From Armatimonadota bacterium (GTDB lineage Bacteria; Armatimonadota; Zipacnadia; Zipacnadales; UBA5352), in the NCBI GenBank assembly GCA_034722055.1, contig JAYENL010000003.1:1-42322 (forward strand): a stretch of DNA of 42,322 nucleotides, in the 5' to 3' direction. Of this stretch, positions 18,741 through 28,309 are shown piece by piece. The position numbers and the translations under genes were made by a program. A model generated the notes under the pieces. The model was not told the origin of the DNA, did not search any database, and saw only the letters and a program-made list of their open reading frames with translations. The first letter of the stretch is position 1, and every line of letters begins with the position of its first letter.

Positions 18741-19324
18741 TGGCTGACGACAGGGGGGACATGCAGGAGCCTCAGCCCGACGAGAGCCCGGCCGGCGAGC
18801 AGGACGAGGGCGACGAGACCGGGGCGTCCGAGTACTCTCCGGAGCTGCCGGTGCTCGACGCCGAGGCGATGAGCTTCCGCCAGCAGGGGGGGCGCCTGCA
18901 GGTGCGGCTGGATGACGAACAGGAGTGGCGGGACGCCAGCGCCGTGCGCCTCTTCCCGCTCAGCGAGTCGGACCGCTGGATCTCGGTGGTGGACGAGGAG
19001 GAGAAGGAGATCGGCCTGCTGCTGGAGTTGGACTCGTTGGGCGAGGAGGCGCGCGAGTGCGTGGAGGCGGAACTGGAGCGGCGCTACCTCATCCCGCGGA
19101 TCGTGCGCATCCTCTCCTGCCGCCAGCGCTTCGATGTCATGGAGTGGACCGTGGAGACCGACCGGGGAGAGGTGCGCTTCCTGATGCGCGACATCCGCGA
19201 GAAGGTGAAGCGGCCCCTCCCGCGGCATGTTACACTGGAGGACGTTGAGGGTAATCGCTACGACATCCCGGATGTGGAGGCCCTCGACACGGCCAGCCGT
19301 CACCTGCTGGAGGAGCGCGTCTGA
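18740..19324 (+). CDS. DUF1854-like protein
   Basis: VRLFPLS..WISV, EIG, ELERRYLIPRI, WTVETDRG, DVEGNRYDIPD; TGATG overlap with the ABC gene, the usual partner of this family. Confidence 0.8.
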   Translation: MADDRGDMQEPQPDESPAGEQDEGDETGASEYSPELPVLDAEAMSFRQQGGRLQVRLDDEQEWRDASAVRLFPLSESDRWISVVDEEEKEIGLLLELDSLGEEARECVEAELERRYLIPRIVRILSCRQRFDVMEWTVETDRGEVRFLMRDIREKVKRPLPRHVTLEDVEGNRYDIPDVEALDTASRHLLEERV

Positions 19325-19379
19325 GCGGCAGCCGGCCGGCGACGGGGCGGTGATTGGGGTCGCTCCCGGACGGCGCGTG

Positions 19380-19925
19380 TCGTGTCCTCCGGAGGGGTGG
19401 GCTTCCTTGCCCGCCCGGTCGTTGTCGCGGGCCCCATCCTTCGCGTAGGTCGGGCTTCCGGAGATCGCAAGCGATCTCAACGACAACGACAAACGGCGTG
19501 CGGAGGAGGGCCTCCGCACCACGGGCAAGAGCGTGTGTGCCACCGAAGGGCAGTCGTTGTCGTGCCGTGAGGAGGGGCGGGCTTCCTTGCCCGCCCGGTC
19601 GTTGTCGCGGGGCCCATCGTTCGCGTAAGTCGGGCTTCCGGAGATCGGAAGCGATCTCACCGACAACGACGAAACGGCCCACGGACAGGAGTGTCCGTGG
19701 CACGGAACGGCGGGGGCTGTCGTTGCCGTGAGGTTGCAGCCTGTGGCGTGTAGCTTGCGGCCTGAGTGTCCGTGGCACGGAAGGGCGGGGGCTGTCGTTG
19801 GCGTGAGCTTGCAGCTTGTGGCTTGTCGCTTGCGGCCTGAGTGTCCGTGGCACCGAAGGGCAGGGGCTCTGTTTGTCGTTCGCTCGTCGCTCGCAGCTCG
19901 TGGCTCGTCGCTCGCAACTTGCAGC
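19380..19925. repeat. REP mosaic: 2 units of 180 bp, 3 units of 75 bp and a heptamer run
   Basis: ~100-bp near-identical blocks at 19391 and 19571; GAGTGTCCGTGGCAC at 19689, 19764, 19839; GCTCGNN heptamers at ~19882-19925. Confidence 0.9.
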
Positions 19926-19945
19926 TCCCCGAAGGAGACCAGCCA

Positions 19946-21184
19946 ATGGCTAACCGCTATCTCGACGCGGCCGCGCGGCTTCATGACGACGCCGTCGATC
20001 TGCTGTCCGAGCTGATCAGCTTCGAGTCCACCTCCGGGAATGAGGGCCCGGTGATGCGCCGCGTCCACGAGCGCATGGGCGAGGTCGCCGATGAGGTCCA
20101 GTTCGTGGAGGTCACCGAGGCCATCAAGGATGACCCGGACTACTCCTATCCCGTGGTCACCGAGTATGGCGACCGGCCCAACGTCCGCGCGGTAAAGCGG
20201 GGCTCCGGCGGCGGGAAGTGCGTGATCCTCAACACCCACCTGGACGTCGTGCCGCCATCGTCCGGCCACCTGGACCCCTTCGACGCACGCATCGACGACG
20301 GCGTCATCTACGGCCGCGGCGCCTGCGACGCCAAGGGCCAGGTCACCACCGTCTGGCTGCTCTTCAGGCTGCTGGATGAGCTGGGGGTGCAGCTCGACGG
20401 CGACATCATCGCGCACCTCGTGATCGAGGAGGAGATCGGCGGCAACGGGACGGTCGCGATGGTCCGTCACGGCGACACCGCCGACGCCTGCGTGGTCCTG
20501 GAGCCAACGAACCTGGTGCTGCTGCCGCAGGTGCGCGGCGCGGTGTGGTTCGACGCCACCGTCTACGGCCAGGCCGGCCACTCCGGCACACCCGGCGGCA
20601 CGGTCAGTGCGCTGCTCAAGGCCGTGGACGTCATCGAGATCTTCACCGAGTACCACGATCGTATCCTGGCCGAGTCCCGCGGGCACTACCCGCTCTTCGA
20701 CCAGTTCGAGAACCCCATGCCCCTGACCATCGGGCAGCTCGAGGCCGGTGACTGGCCGGCCCAGGCCCCGCGGCGCGCCACGCTCAAGGGCGTGCTGGGC
20801 CTGCTGCCCGACCGCACCAAGGAGCAGGTCATGGAGGAGATGGAGGCGGCTGTGCGGGACTGTGGCGACGACTGGCTGGCGCGAGAGGAGAACTTCGAGA
20901 TCGAGTTCACCTACCGCCACGATGCCAACGTCATCCCGCCGGATCACCCCCTGGTGCTGGCGCTGCAGGAGGCGCTGGAGGCGGTGGGCAGGGAGCCGGA
21001 GGTCTCGGCCATGACCGCCTCGTGCGACGCCTGGATGTACAACAACCAACTCGAGATCCCCACGGTGGTCTTCGGCCCCGGCGACCTGGGCGTGGCGCAC
21101 TCCGACCGCGAGCAGATCCCGGTCCAGGAGATGCTGGACGCCGCCGCGGCGCTGGCGACCTTCGCGGACGGCCTCTGCCGCTGA
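19946..21184 (+). CDS. M20 family metallopeptidase/deacylase (ArgE/DapE-like)
   Basis: NTHLDVV, YGRGACDAKG, EEEIGG, LEPT, GPGD..AHS..E; RBS AAGGAG. Confidence 0.92.
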   Translation: MANRYLDAAARLHDDAVDLLSELISFESTSGNEGPVMRRVHERMGEVADEVQFVEVTEAIKDDPDYSYPVVTEYGDRPNVRAVKRGSGGGKCVILNTHLDVVPPSSGHLDPFDARIDDGVIYGRGACDAKGQVTTVWLLFRLLDELGVQLDGDIIAHLVIEEEIGGNGTVAMVRHGDTADACVVLEPTNLVLLPQVRGAVWFDATVYGQAGHSGTPGGTVSALLKAVDVIEIFTEYHDRILAESRGHYPLFDQFENPMPLTIGQLEAGDWPAQAPRRATLKGVLGLLPDRTKEQVMEEMEAAVRDCGDDWLAREENFEIEFTYRHDANVIPPDHPLVLALQEALEAVGREPEVSAMTASCDAWMYNNQLEIPTVVFGPGDLGVAHSDREQIPVQEMLDAAAALATFADGLCR

Positions 21185-21331
21185 GACGGTGCCTGGCACG
21201 GGGAGCATGGCCCGCGGCAGCCCGCCTGTGCAGGAGGCCGCAACACCTGCAGTGGCGAAGCTACCCCCGGCGTGCCCACCGTGACAGCGCGCGATGGTAC
21301 ACCGTTCCTTGCCTGCGAGGGCTGATTCAGG

Positions 21332-21793
21332 ATGAACCGAGAGGACGCCGTCTGGTACTACCGGCTGGGCGGGCAGACCCTGGGGCCCGTATCGTGGGCT
21401 GAGATCGAGCAGTTGCTGAGGGATACTGCGGAGGGCGACCGGCTGCTCGTCGCCAGGGGCGGCGACGAGGGCTGGAGCAGAGCCGCGGACGTGATGAGCC
21501 AGCACCCGGAGTTGAGGCCCGAGGAGCCGGTGCCGTCGGCGGCAGCCGAGGAGGTCATCGAGGAGGCGGGTGCGGACGACTGGGCGCTCTCGGACCTCGA
21601 CGAGCCCGAGCCGGCCCCGGCGGCCCCCGTGCAGCAGCCGCGGGCCGTACCCACCGGCGGCATGAGGCCCCAGCACGGGCTCGGTAAGTGGCTCGGCCAG
21701 GCCTGGGAGATTGTGGCGGGCAACCTTTGGGCCTTCGTCGGCGCGGCCTACAGGTGGCACTTCCGCGACCTGGCGGACGTGGCCGCAGGATGA
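21332..21793 (+). CDS. GYF_2 (DUF4339)-like domain protein, possibly internally deleted
   Basis: WYY..GGQTLGPVS..EI..L...LVARGG..GW, then a P/A/E-rich linker and only a stub of a membrane domain. Confidence 0.65.
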   Translation: MNREDAVWYYRLGGQTLGPVSWAEIEQLLRDTAEGDRLLVARGGDEGWSRAADVMSQHPELRPEEPVPSAAAEEVIEEAGADDWALSDLDEPEPAPAAPVQQPRAVPTGGMRPQHGLGKWLGQAWEIVAGNLWAFVGAAYRWHFRDLADVAAG

Positions 21794-21849
21794 CCTCAGC
21801 CCGGGCAGAGGACGCACCTGAGAACACGCAGCAACGGAGCGAGTGACAT

Positions 21850-22887
21850 ATGCTTGCACTGCAGAAGGTCGAGAAGGGCGTAGGCAACATCGAGCTGCGG
21901 GAGGTGCCCGAGCCCGAGCCGGAGCCGGGATGGGTGAAGATCGAGGTGAGGGCCGCCGCGGTCTGCGGCACCGACATGCACATCCGCCACGACACCTTCC
22001 CCTACTGGCCCCCGGTGACCCTGGGCCACGAGTTCGCGGGCGTCATCGCGGAGCTTGGCGAGGGCGTGGAGGGCTGGGAGGTTGGGGATCGCGTGGTGGC
22101 CGAGCCGCACACGCTGGCGTGCGGAGAGTGCTGGCTGTGCCGCCAGGGTCACGTGCAGATCTGCGAGCACAAGCGCTCCCCGGGGTGGGGAATCGACGGG
22201 GCCTTCGCGAAGTACCTGGTGATGGAGAGTAAGCTGCTGCACGCCCTGCCGGAGTCGGTGAGCTTCGACGCGGGCGCGCTGGTGGAGCCGTTGGCCAACA
22301 CCGTCCACGACGTGGGGGAGCGCGGCACCGTGGAGCCTGAGGATTTCGTGGTGGTGCTGGGGCCGGGGCCCATCGGCCTGCTGGCCGCGCAGGTGGCGAA
22401 GGCCGCCGGCGCCAGGGAGGTGCTGATCGTGGGCACGCCCGCCGACGCCGACCTCCGCCTGCCCACCGCCCAGCGGGTCGGCATCGACTACGTAGTGAAT
22501 CTCGCCGAGCAGGATCCGGTGGAGCTGTGCATGGAGCTGACAGGCGGCCGCGGTGCGGACCTGGTGGTGGAGTGCTCCGGGGCGGCGCCGGCGATCAACC
22601 AGGCCGTGGCGCTGGTGCGCAAGAAGGGGCGCATCTGCGTCATCGGCATGACGGGCGAGGACCGCATCGAATTCACCTGGGATGACGCCATCTTCAAAGG
22701 CATCGACGTCTACTTCAACATCTCCACCAGCTACACGAGCTGGGACCGGGCCATCTCCATGATCGAGAAGGGCAAGGTGGACGCCGAGGCGCTCATCACT
22801 CATCGGGAGCCGCTGGAGAACTGGGAGCAGGTCTTCGACGACCTCGAGGAGCAGCAGGGCATCAAGGCCCTCCTGATTCCGGACTGA
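21850..22887 (+). CDS. Zinc-binding medium-chain dehydrogenase (sorbitol/threonine dehydrogenase-like)
   Basis: CGTDMH, GHEFAG, CGECWLC..C, GPGPIG. Confidence 0.93.
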   Translation: MLALQKVEKGVGNIELREVPEPEPEPGWVKIEVRAAAVCGTDMHIRHDTFPYWPPVTLGHEFAGVIAELGEGVEGWEVGDRVVAEPHTLACGECWLCRQGHVQICEHKRSPGWGIDGAFAKYLVMESKLLHALPESVSFDAGALVEPLANTVHDVGERGTVEPEDFVVVLGPGPIGLLAAQVAKAAGAREVLIVGTPADADLRLPTAQRVGIDYVVNLAEQDPVELCMELTGGRGADLVVECSGAAPAINQAVALVRKKGRICVIGMTGEDRIEFTWDDAIFKGIDVYFNISTSYTSWDRAISMIEKGKVDAEALITHREPLENWEQVFDDLEEQQGIKALLIPD

Positions 22888-23001
22888 GGCGGGGGCTCCG
22901 GTTCGCGGTTGCAGGAGAGGACGGCGGGCCGGCGTGGCCCCGATTGCTCGGCAATCACGCCTCAGGCGGTCCGGACGGCGAGACCGCGGGAGACACGATC
23001 T

Positions 23002-23736
23002 ATGGCAACCTACCTGGCGTTCATGGCACACCGGGACGACGAGCTCAACATCGCCGGCACCCTCATGCGGCTGCTGGAGGACGGCCATCGCTGCGTGGTG
23101 GCCTGTATCACCAACGGCAGCCGCGGCGGGCTGGCAGATCGTCCCGAGGAGGAGCGCAAGCGGATCGCGCGCTCGGAGTTCGACGCCTCCACGAGGATCA
23201 TCGGCGTGGAGACGCGGTGGCTGGACATCAACGAGCACGATTTCCCCAAGCCCAACTGGCAGATTGAGGCCCGCAAGCGGATATTCGAGGTGCTCTGTGA
23301 GGTGGACCCGGACTGCCTCATCCTCCACCCCGGTCCCCCTCTGCCGCAGTACGACTATCACGAGCACCACTGGCTGGCCGCTCAGCTCCCGTACGCGGAG
23401 AGCTACTCCGCCTCCAACCCCAACTACGCGCGGCCGCGGGGGCTGCAGGAGATGAGCGCTGTCCCGCCCATCTACCACATGTGCCCCATCGGCACCCCCA
23501 TGGTGCCGGACCGCTACGTGAACATCACCGACTACCTGGAGCAGAAGATCGAGGCAGCGAGCTGCTACGAGAGCCAGGTGGAGTTTCTGGCCGATCACGA
23601 CAGGATCAACTTCGTCGAAGTGCACAGAGCGCAGTCCATCGTCTACGGCTCCTACTGCGGGGTCCCGGCGGCCGAGGGCTTCTGCACCTCGCCCGCCTGG
23701 AACCGCCTGGTGGCCGAGGCCGGGCTGCCCGAATAG
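23002..23736 (+). CDS. PIG-L/LmbE family deacetylase
   Basis: AHRDDE..AGT, TNGSRG, R..E, DYHEHH, YVNITD..EQK..A..YESQ, AEGF. Confidence 0.85.
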   Translation: MATYLAFMAHRDDELNIAGTLMRLLEDGHRCVVACITNGSRGGLADRPEEERKRIARSEFDASTRIIGVETRWLDINEHDFPKPNWQIEARKRIFEVLCEVDPDCLILHPGPPLPQYDYHEHHWLAAQLPYAESYSASNPNYARPRGLQEMSAVPPIYHMCPIGTPMVPDRYVNITDYLEQKIEAASCYESQVEFLADHDRINFVEVHRAQSIVYGSYCGVPAAEGFCTSPAWNRLVAEAGLPE

Positions 23737-23753
23737 GCTGAGGAGGTACCCAC

Positions 23754-24815
23754 ATGCCGGACACCACGATGGGCTTCGGAATCGTGGGCTGCGGACTCGT
23801 CTCGCAGTTCCACGGCGCGGCCATCACCAACTCCCCCAAGGCGGAGGTCGTCGCCGCCACCGACCTCGACGAGGATCGCCTCAACGAGTTCGTCGCCAGC
23901 TACGGCGGCGAGAAGGCCGGCAGCTTCGAGGCCCTGCTGGAGGATGAGCGCATCGACGTCATCAACGTCCTCACCCCCAACGCCATGCACGCACAGTTCG
24001 CCGTCCCGGCGCTTGAGGCGGGCAAGCACGTCATCGTCGAGAAGCCCCCGGAGATGACGCTGGCAAAGACCGACCGGATGATCCAGGCGGCCCAGGCCAA
24101 CGACCGCAAGCTGGCCATCTGCCTGCAGGTGCGCTTCCGGGAGTCCATCCGCGCCATCAGCAGCGCCATCGAGCAGGGGCGGTTCGGCCGCCTGCTGGAG
24201 GGCGACGCCTACATGAAGTGGTTCCGCGACACCGACTACTACCTCATGGATGACTGGCGCTCAAAGCGCGAGCAGGGCGCTGGAGTGACCATCCAGCATG
24301 CCTTCCACTACATCGACCTGCTCCACCACCTGATGGGCCCTGTCAGCGTGGTCGATGCCCGCATGACCAACCTCACCCACCCTCAGGTGCAGCTTGAGGA
24401 CACGCTGAAGGCCTTCCTGTACTTCGAGAGCGGCGCCGAGGGCCTCATCGAGGCCTCCACCGCCCTGTGGCCGGGCGAGCCGCCGCGCATCGAGGTCAAC
24501 GGCGAGGACGGCGTCGCCATCACCCAGGGCGAGGTCATGCTCACCTGGCAGTTCCGCGAGGAGCGGCCCGAGGACGAGGAGGTCCTGCAGATCGGCCGCG
24601 ACACGGTGGCCGCCGGCGGGACCGGCGCCGCGGACCTGTCCTACGAGGAACACATGTGGGTGATCGAGGACATGGTGGACGCCATCGTCGAGGACCGCGA
24701 TCCCTTCATCACCGCGCAGAGCGCCCGTCACAGCCTGGAGATGGCCCTGGCCATGTACCGCTCCGCCGACACCGGCGAGCCCGTGGAGCTGCCGCTGGAC
24801 GAGGACGTCTTCTGA
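23754..24815 (+). CDS. Gfo/Idh/MocA family oxidoreductase
   Basis: GIVGCG, TPNAMH, GKHVIVEKP, GAG..QHAFHYID. Confidence 0.93.
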   Translation: MPDTTMGFGIVGCGLVSQFHGAAITNSPKAEVVAATDLDEDRLNEFVASYGGEKAGSFEALLEDERIDVINVLTPNAMHAQFAVPALEAGKHVIVEKPPEMTLAKTDRMIQAAQANDRKLAICLQVRFRESIRAISSAIEQGRFGRLLEGDAYMKWFRDTDYYLMDDWRSKREQGAGVTIQHAFHYIDLLHHLMGPVSVVDARMTNLTHPQVQLEDTLKAFLYFESGAEGLIEASTALWPGEPPRIEVNGEDGVAITQGEVMLTWQFREERPEDEEVLQIGRDTVAAGGTGAADLSYEEHMWVIEDMVDAIVEDRDPFITAQSARHSLEMALAMYRSADTGEPVELPLDEDVF

Positions 24816-24879
24816 ACGGCTCTAACGACGCCCGGCCCGCGGACGCATCATCCCCTGCAGCCCGCGGAGCCGCCCGAAG

Positions 24880-25527
24880 CTGTGTCTGTAGGGCGCCGAT
24901 CTGTGCCGCGCCGAGGCCGTTGCCGTATGTCGTCCGTGGCACGGGCACTCCTGCCCGTGCGACGTTCGTCTGAACCTCCGCACGTCACTCTCCGCGTACC
25001 AACCTTCGCGTAGGTCGGGCTTCCAGCCCGACATTCTGTGCAGGGCCGGAGGATAGGCAGGGTGCAACGGCAGCGAACAACCGGGAGGGAACGTAGTCCC
25101 TCCCCTCCAAACGGCTGGACAACGACAAACGGCAGACGCGGCAGCGGTCCGCGTCTCACAGCGAGCGCCGCTTCAGGGTCACCCCCGCCTCGACTGGCGA
25201 ACGGCTGGGCCGGAACAGAGGCCGGCCCCTCCAAACGGCACGCCAATGGCACATGGGCCCGCGCTGCCGTCGCCGTCCGGAGCGGCGGCGTCTTCAGACC
25301 CGCCAGTCGTTTGTCCTCAGCCGTTGCCGTTGTTGTTCCGTGGGACGCACACTGGAGACCTCTGGTCTCGGTGCGTGCGCCATTTGGCGTTGTCGGTGAG
25401 ATCGCTTGCGATCTCCGGAAGCCCGACCTACGCGAAGGATGGAGACAATGACAACGGCTGGGCCGGAACAGAGGCCGGCCCCTCCAAACGGCTGGGCGAC
25501 GACAACGGCGGGCGCGCTCCACCGCGG
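24880..25527. repeat. REP mosaic between convergent genes
   Basis: GTGGCACGGGCACTCCTGCCCGTG (~24937), GTAG REP at 25010, GGGCCGGAACAGAGGCCGGCCCCTCC twice (~25207 and ~25460), variant GTAG REP at 25392-25431. Confidence 0.88.
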
Positions 25528-26838
25528 CTACTCCCGTACTGACCGGAGGGCTCTCAGCGCCGCCTGCACCATGGTCTCCTCGGTGCCCTTCGCGGCGCGG
25601 GCGGAGATCGCCAGCCACGTCTCATACCCGCCCTGATCCAGGGCATGGTCGGTCGGCAGGTAGCCCAGGTAGTCGTTCGCCAGCTCCACTGTCATGGTCC
25701 GCGCGAAGGGCGAGCTCCGCTTGATCGCCAGCCCGTACTCCACGAAGGTCTCCCCCGGGATGCCCACCATGCCCACGTCGCCGATGCGCATGGCCTGCAC
25801 CTGCGTCTCCTGCTCTACGGGGAGCGTCTCCACCTCCTGGCGCTCCTGCGCATAGAGCTCCTGCCGGGACTGGTGGACCTGCTCGATGGCATTGACGCCG
25901 CCGGCCACCACCCGCTCCTGCTCCTCGGCCAGGGTCCTGCGCCGGAAGATCGGATACTCCGACGCCGCCGCGACGGTGACCTCCTCCGCCTGCCGCTCGC
26001 GGAGCTGCCTCCAGGCCTTCCAGCACTCCGCCGCCAGGGCATTGCCCACCCGCACGCGATGGTACTGGGGTGAGGGCGGCGGCTCGGCGGGCCTCGTGAA
26101 GTCGATGTTGTTCGTGTCGCCGCAGCAGCCGTTGGCCATGATAGCCACGAACTCGCCTCCGGCCATCCGCTGCAGGGCCTCGGCGAAGGCCGCGAAGTAG
26201 TCCGCGGAGATCTCGCCCGGCCGTCCCCCGCCCACGTAGTGCAGCGAGTAGTTGGCGATGGCGGCGATGGGCTCGCCGTCGGGCGTCTCCGCCACCAGCA
26301 GCCCCACCTCCGGATCGGTAGGCCCGGCCGGTCGCACAAGCTCGTCGCCGCCCCGCGGCGGGTTCATCCGCACCTGCCCGTCCCTCATCCACCACCGCCG
26401 GTTGTGGGTCTCCTCGGGGCAGAAGCCGCTGGTGTGGCCGATGACCGCCGGCTGCAGGCGGTTCTGCGCCAGCTTCACCGCGTCCCCCATGCGCGGGACG
26501 GCCCACTGCGCGTACTCCTCATCCACGGGCTGCATGAAAAGGTGCGCCACCGGCGGGCCGTAGTGCGTGTGCGTGGCCGACATCATGATGTTGCCGGCCG
26601 GGATGCCGGTCAGCTCCTCGGCGCGGGCCTTGGCCTGGTCGAAGCGCTCCCGCGTCACGAACAGCAGGTCATTCTGCACGTAGGCCACCTGCGTATCGCC
26701 CTCATCGAAGACCAGGGCCTTCGCCTGCAGCGGGTAGCCCACGTCCTCCGACCTGCGCTGCGTCATGCTGCCGCTCATCAGCCCGCCCAGCAGCGGCGTG
26801 ATGTCCACCGACCCGGCCCCGACTCGAAGCTGTGCCAC
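25528..26838 (-). CDS. Neutral/alkaline ceramidase-like amidohydrolase, paralogue 2
   Basis: SVDITP, SATHTHYGP, NRRW, GPTDPEV, NYSLH, SADY, NGCCGD, PGETFVEYG, ELANDYLGYLPT, GGYE; GTG start after GGAGG. Confidence 0.85.
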   Translation of the reverse strand: MAQLRVGAGSVDITPLLGGLMSGSMTQRRSEDVGYPLQAKALVFDEGDTQVAYVQNDLLFVTRERFDQAKARAEELTGIPAGNIMMSATHTHYGPPVAHLFMQPVDEEYAQWAVPRMGDAVKLAQNRLQPAVIGHTSGFCPEETHNRRWWMRDGQVRMNPPRGGDELVRPAGPTDPEVGLLVAETPDGEPIAAIANYSLHYVGGGRPGEISADYFAAFAEALQRMAGGEFVAIMANGCCGDTNNIDFTRPAEPPPSPQYHRVRVGNALAAECWKAWRQLRERQAEEVTVAAASEYPIFRRRTLAEEQERVVAGGVNAIEQVHQSRQELYAQERQEVETLPVEQETQVQAMRIGDVGMVGIPGETFVEYGLAIKRSSPFARTMTVELANDYLGYLPTDHALDQGGYETWLAISARAAKGTEETMVQAALRALRSVRE

Positions 26839-26840
26839 GG

Positions 26841-28172
26841 TCAATCCTCCTGACGGTCGGCGACCTCTCGCAGGCACTCCAGCGCGGTGGTGACGAACAG
26901 CTCCTCGCTGCCCTTGGCGACGCGCGAGATGCTGGACAGCCACGTCTCGTAGCCGCCCTGGTCGAGGCCCTCGTCGGTGGGCACGTAGCCGATCCAGTCG
27001 TTCGCCAGCTCGATGGTCATGGTGCGCTCCAAGGGCGACTGGCGCTTGATGCTCAGCCCGTATTCGGCGAAGAACTCGCCGGGCAGCCCCACGATCCCCA
27101 GGTCGCCGATGCGCAGCGCCTGCACCACGGTCTCGATCTCCAGCGGCCACTGGTCGATGCGCTCGCGCTCCTGCGCGTAGCCCTCCACGCCGTCGGACCA
27201 CTTGTCGCCGATCTGCTCCACGGCCCGCTGGCCGCCCGCGACCACGCGCTGCTGCTCCTCCTCGGCGGTCCGCCGGCGGTACTTCGGCGTGGCGACCGCG
27301 GAGGCCATGGTGGCCTCCTCCTGCCGCCCGCGAAGCTGGCTCCAGCGCTTCCAGCACTCCGCCGCGAGGGCGTTGCCGACCCGATCCACATCGTAGTCGG
27401 GGTAGGGCCGGGGCTTGCCCGGCGGCGGCTGGGTGCGGTCGATGTTGTTGATGTCCCCGCAGCAGCCGTTGGCCATGATGGCCACGAACTGGGCGCCGGC
27501 GAGCCGCTGCAGCGCCTCCCCGAAGGCGCCGAAGTAGTCCGCCGACAGCGTGTTGGCCGCCCCGCCCACGTAGTGCAGGGAGTAGTTGGCGATGGCCGCG
27601 ATGGGCTCGCCGTCCGGCGTCTCGGCCACCAGCAGCCCCACCTCGGGGTCCGTCGGCCCGGCGGGGCGCATCAGCTCGTCGCTGGCGACCGGCGGGTTCA
27701 TACGCACCGAGCCGTCCGTCATCCACCACCGGCGGTTATGCGTCTCCTCCGGGCAGGAGCCGGAAGTGTGGCCGATGACCGCCGGCCGCAGGCGGTTGTG
27801 AGCCAGCTTCACGGCGTCCCCGATGCGCTGCACCAGCCAGTCGATGTACTCCTCCTCGTCGTCGAGGCTGAACATGCTGTAGGTCGCGGGGCCGTAGTGC
27901 GTGTGCGTGCAGCTCATCATCATGTTGCCGGCCGGGATGCCCGTCAGCTCCTCCGCGCGGGCCTTGGCGCGGTCGAACTGCTCGCGCACGAGCAGCAGCA
28001 GGTCGTTCTGCACGTAGGCCACCTGCGTCTCGCCGTCATCGAAGACGACGGCCTTGCTCTGCAGCGGGTAGCTGACATCCTCCGCGTGCCGTGGGGAGAG
28101 AAAGCCGGACATGCGGGTGCCCAGCCCCGGCGTGATGTCGATCTGCGCTGCGCCCACCTGAAGATCGCCCAT
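26841..28172 (-). CDS. Neutral/alkaline ceramidase-like amidohydrolase, paralogue 1
   Basis: Same motif series (IDITP, CTHTHYGP, NYSLH, SADY, NGCCGD, PGEFF, GYVPT, GGYE). Confidence 0.85.
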   Translation of the reverse strand: MGDLQVGAAQIDITPGLGTRMSGFLSPRHAEDVSYPLQSKAVVFDDGETQVAYVQNDLLLLVREQFDRAKARAEELTGIPAGNMMMSCTHTHYGPATYSMFSLDDEEEYIDWLVQRIGDAVKLAHNRLRPAVIGHTSGSCPEETHNRRWWMTDGSVRMNPPVASDELMRPAGPTDPEVGLLVAETPDGEPIAAIANYSLHYVGGAANTLSADYFGAFGEALQRLAGAQFVAIMANGCCGDINNIDRTQPPPGKPRPYPDYDVDRVGNALAAECWKRWSQLRGRQEEATMASAVATPKYRRRTAEEEQQRVVAGGQRAVEQIGDKWSDGVEGYAQERERIDQWPLEIETVVQALRIGDLGIVGLPGEFFAEYGLSIKRQSPLERTMTIELANDWIGYVPTDEGLDQGGYETWLSSISRVAKGSEELFVTTALECLREVADRQED

Positions 28173-28309
28173 CGCGATCGTCCCTTCCCGGCGTGATCAC
28201 GTATGCGTCGGCGCCAACTTCGCCGGCCCACGCCCTGGACCTGCAGGTGAGGGCATTTCGGGCGGAGAAAGGTATCAAGGGACCAGATGAGGTCGTGAGC
28301 GGTGATTCC

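Noticed and set aside
19689..19860. 75-bp periodic repeats as a CRISPR array
   Set aside because: The intervening sequences are similar to each other, there are only three units, no cas genes are present, and the repeat is a REP half.
18701..21859. 1052-aa minus-strand ORF and similar long antisense ORFs (e.g. 30506-32392, 21796-23625, 17196-18686)
   Set aside because: They are shadows of well-supported genes on the other strand in high-GC DNA and carry no recognisable motifs.
26839..27729. N-terminal extension making the ceramidase-like ORF 733 aa
   Set aside because: It is an alternative frame overlapping the upstream paralogue; the real start is GTG 26838 with an RBS.
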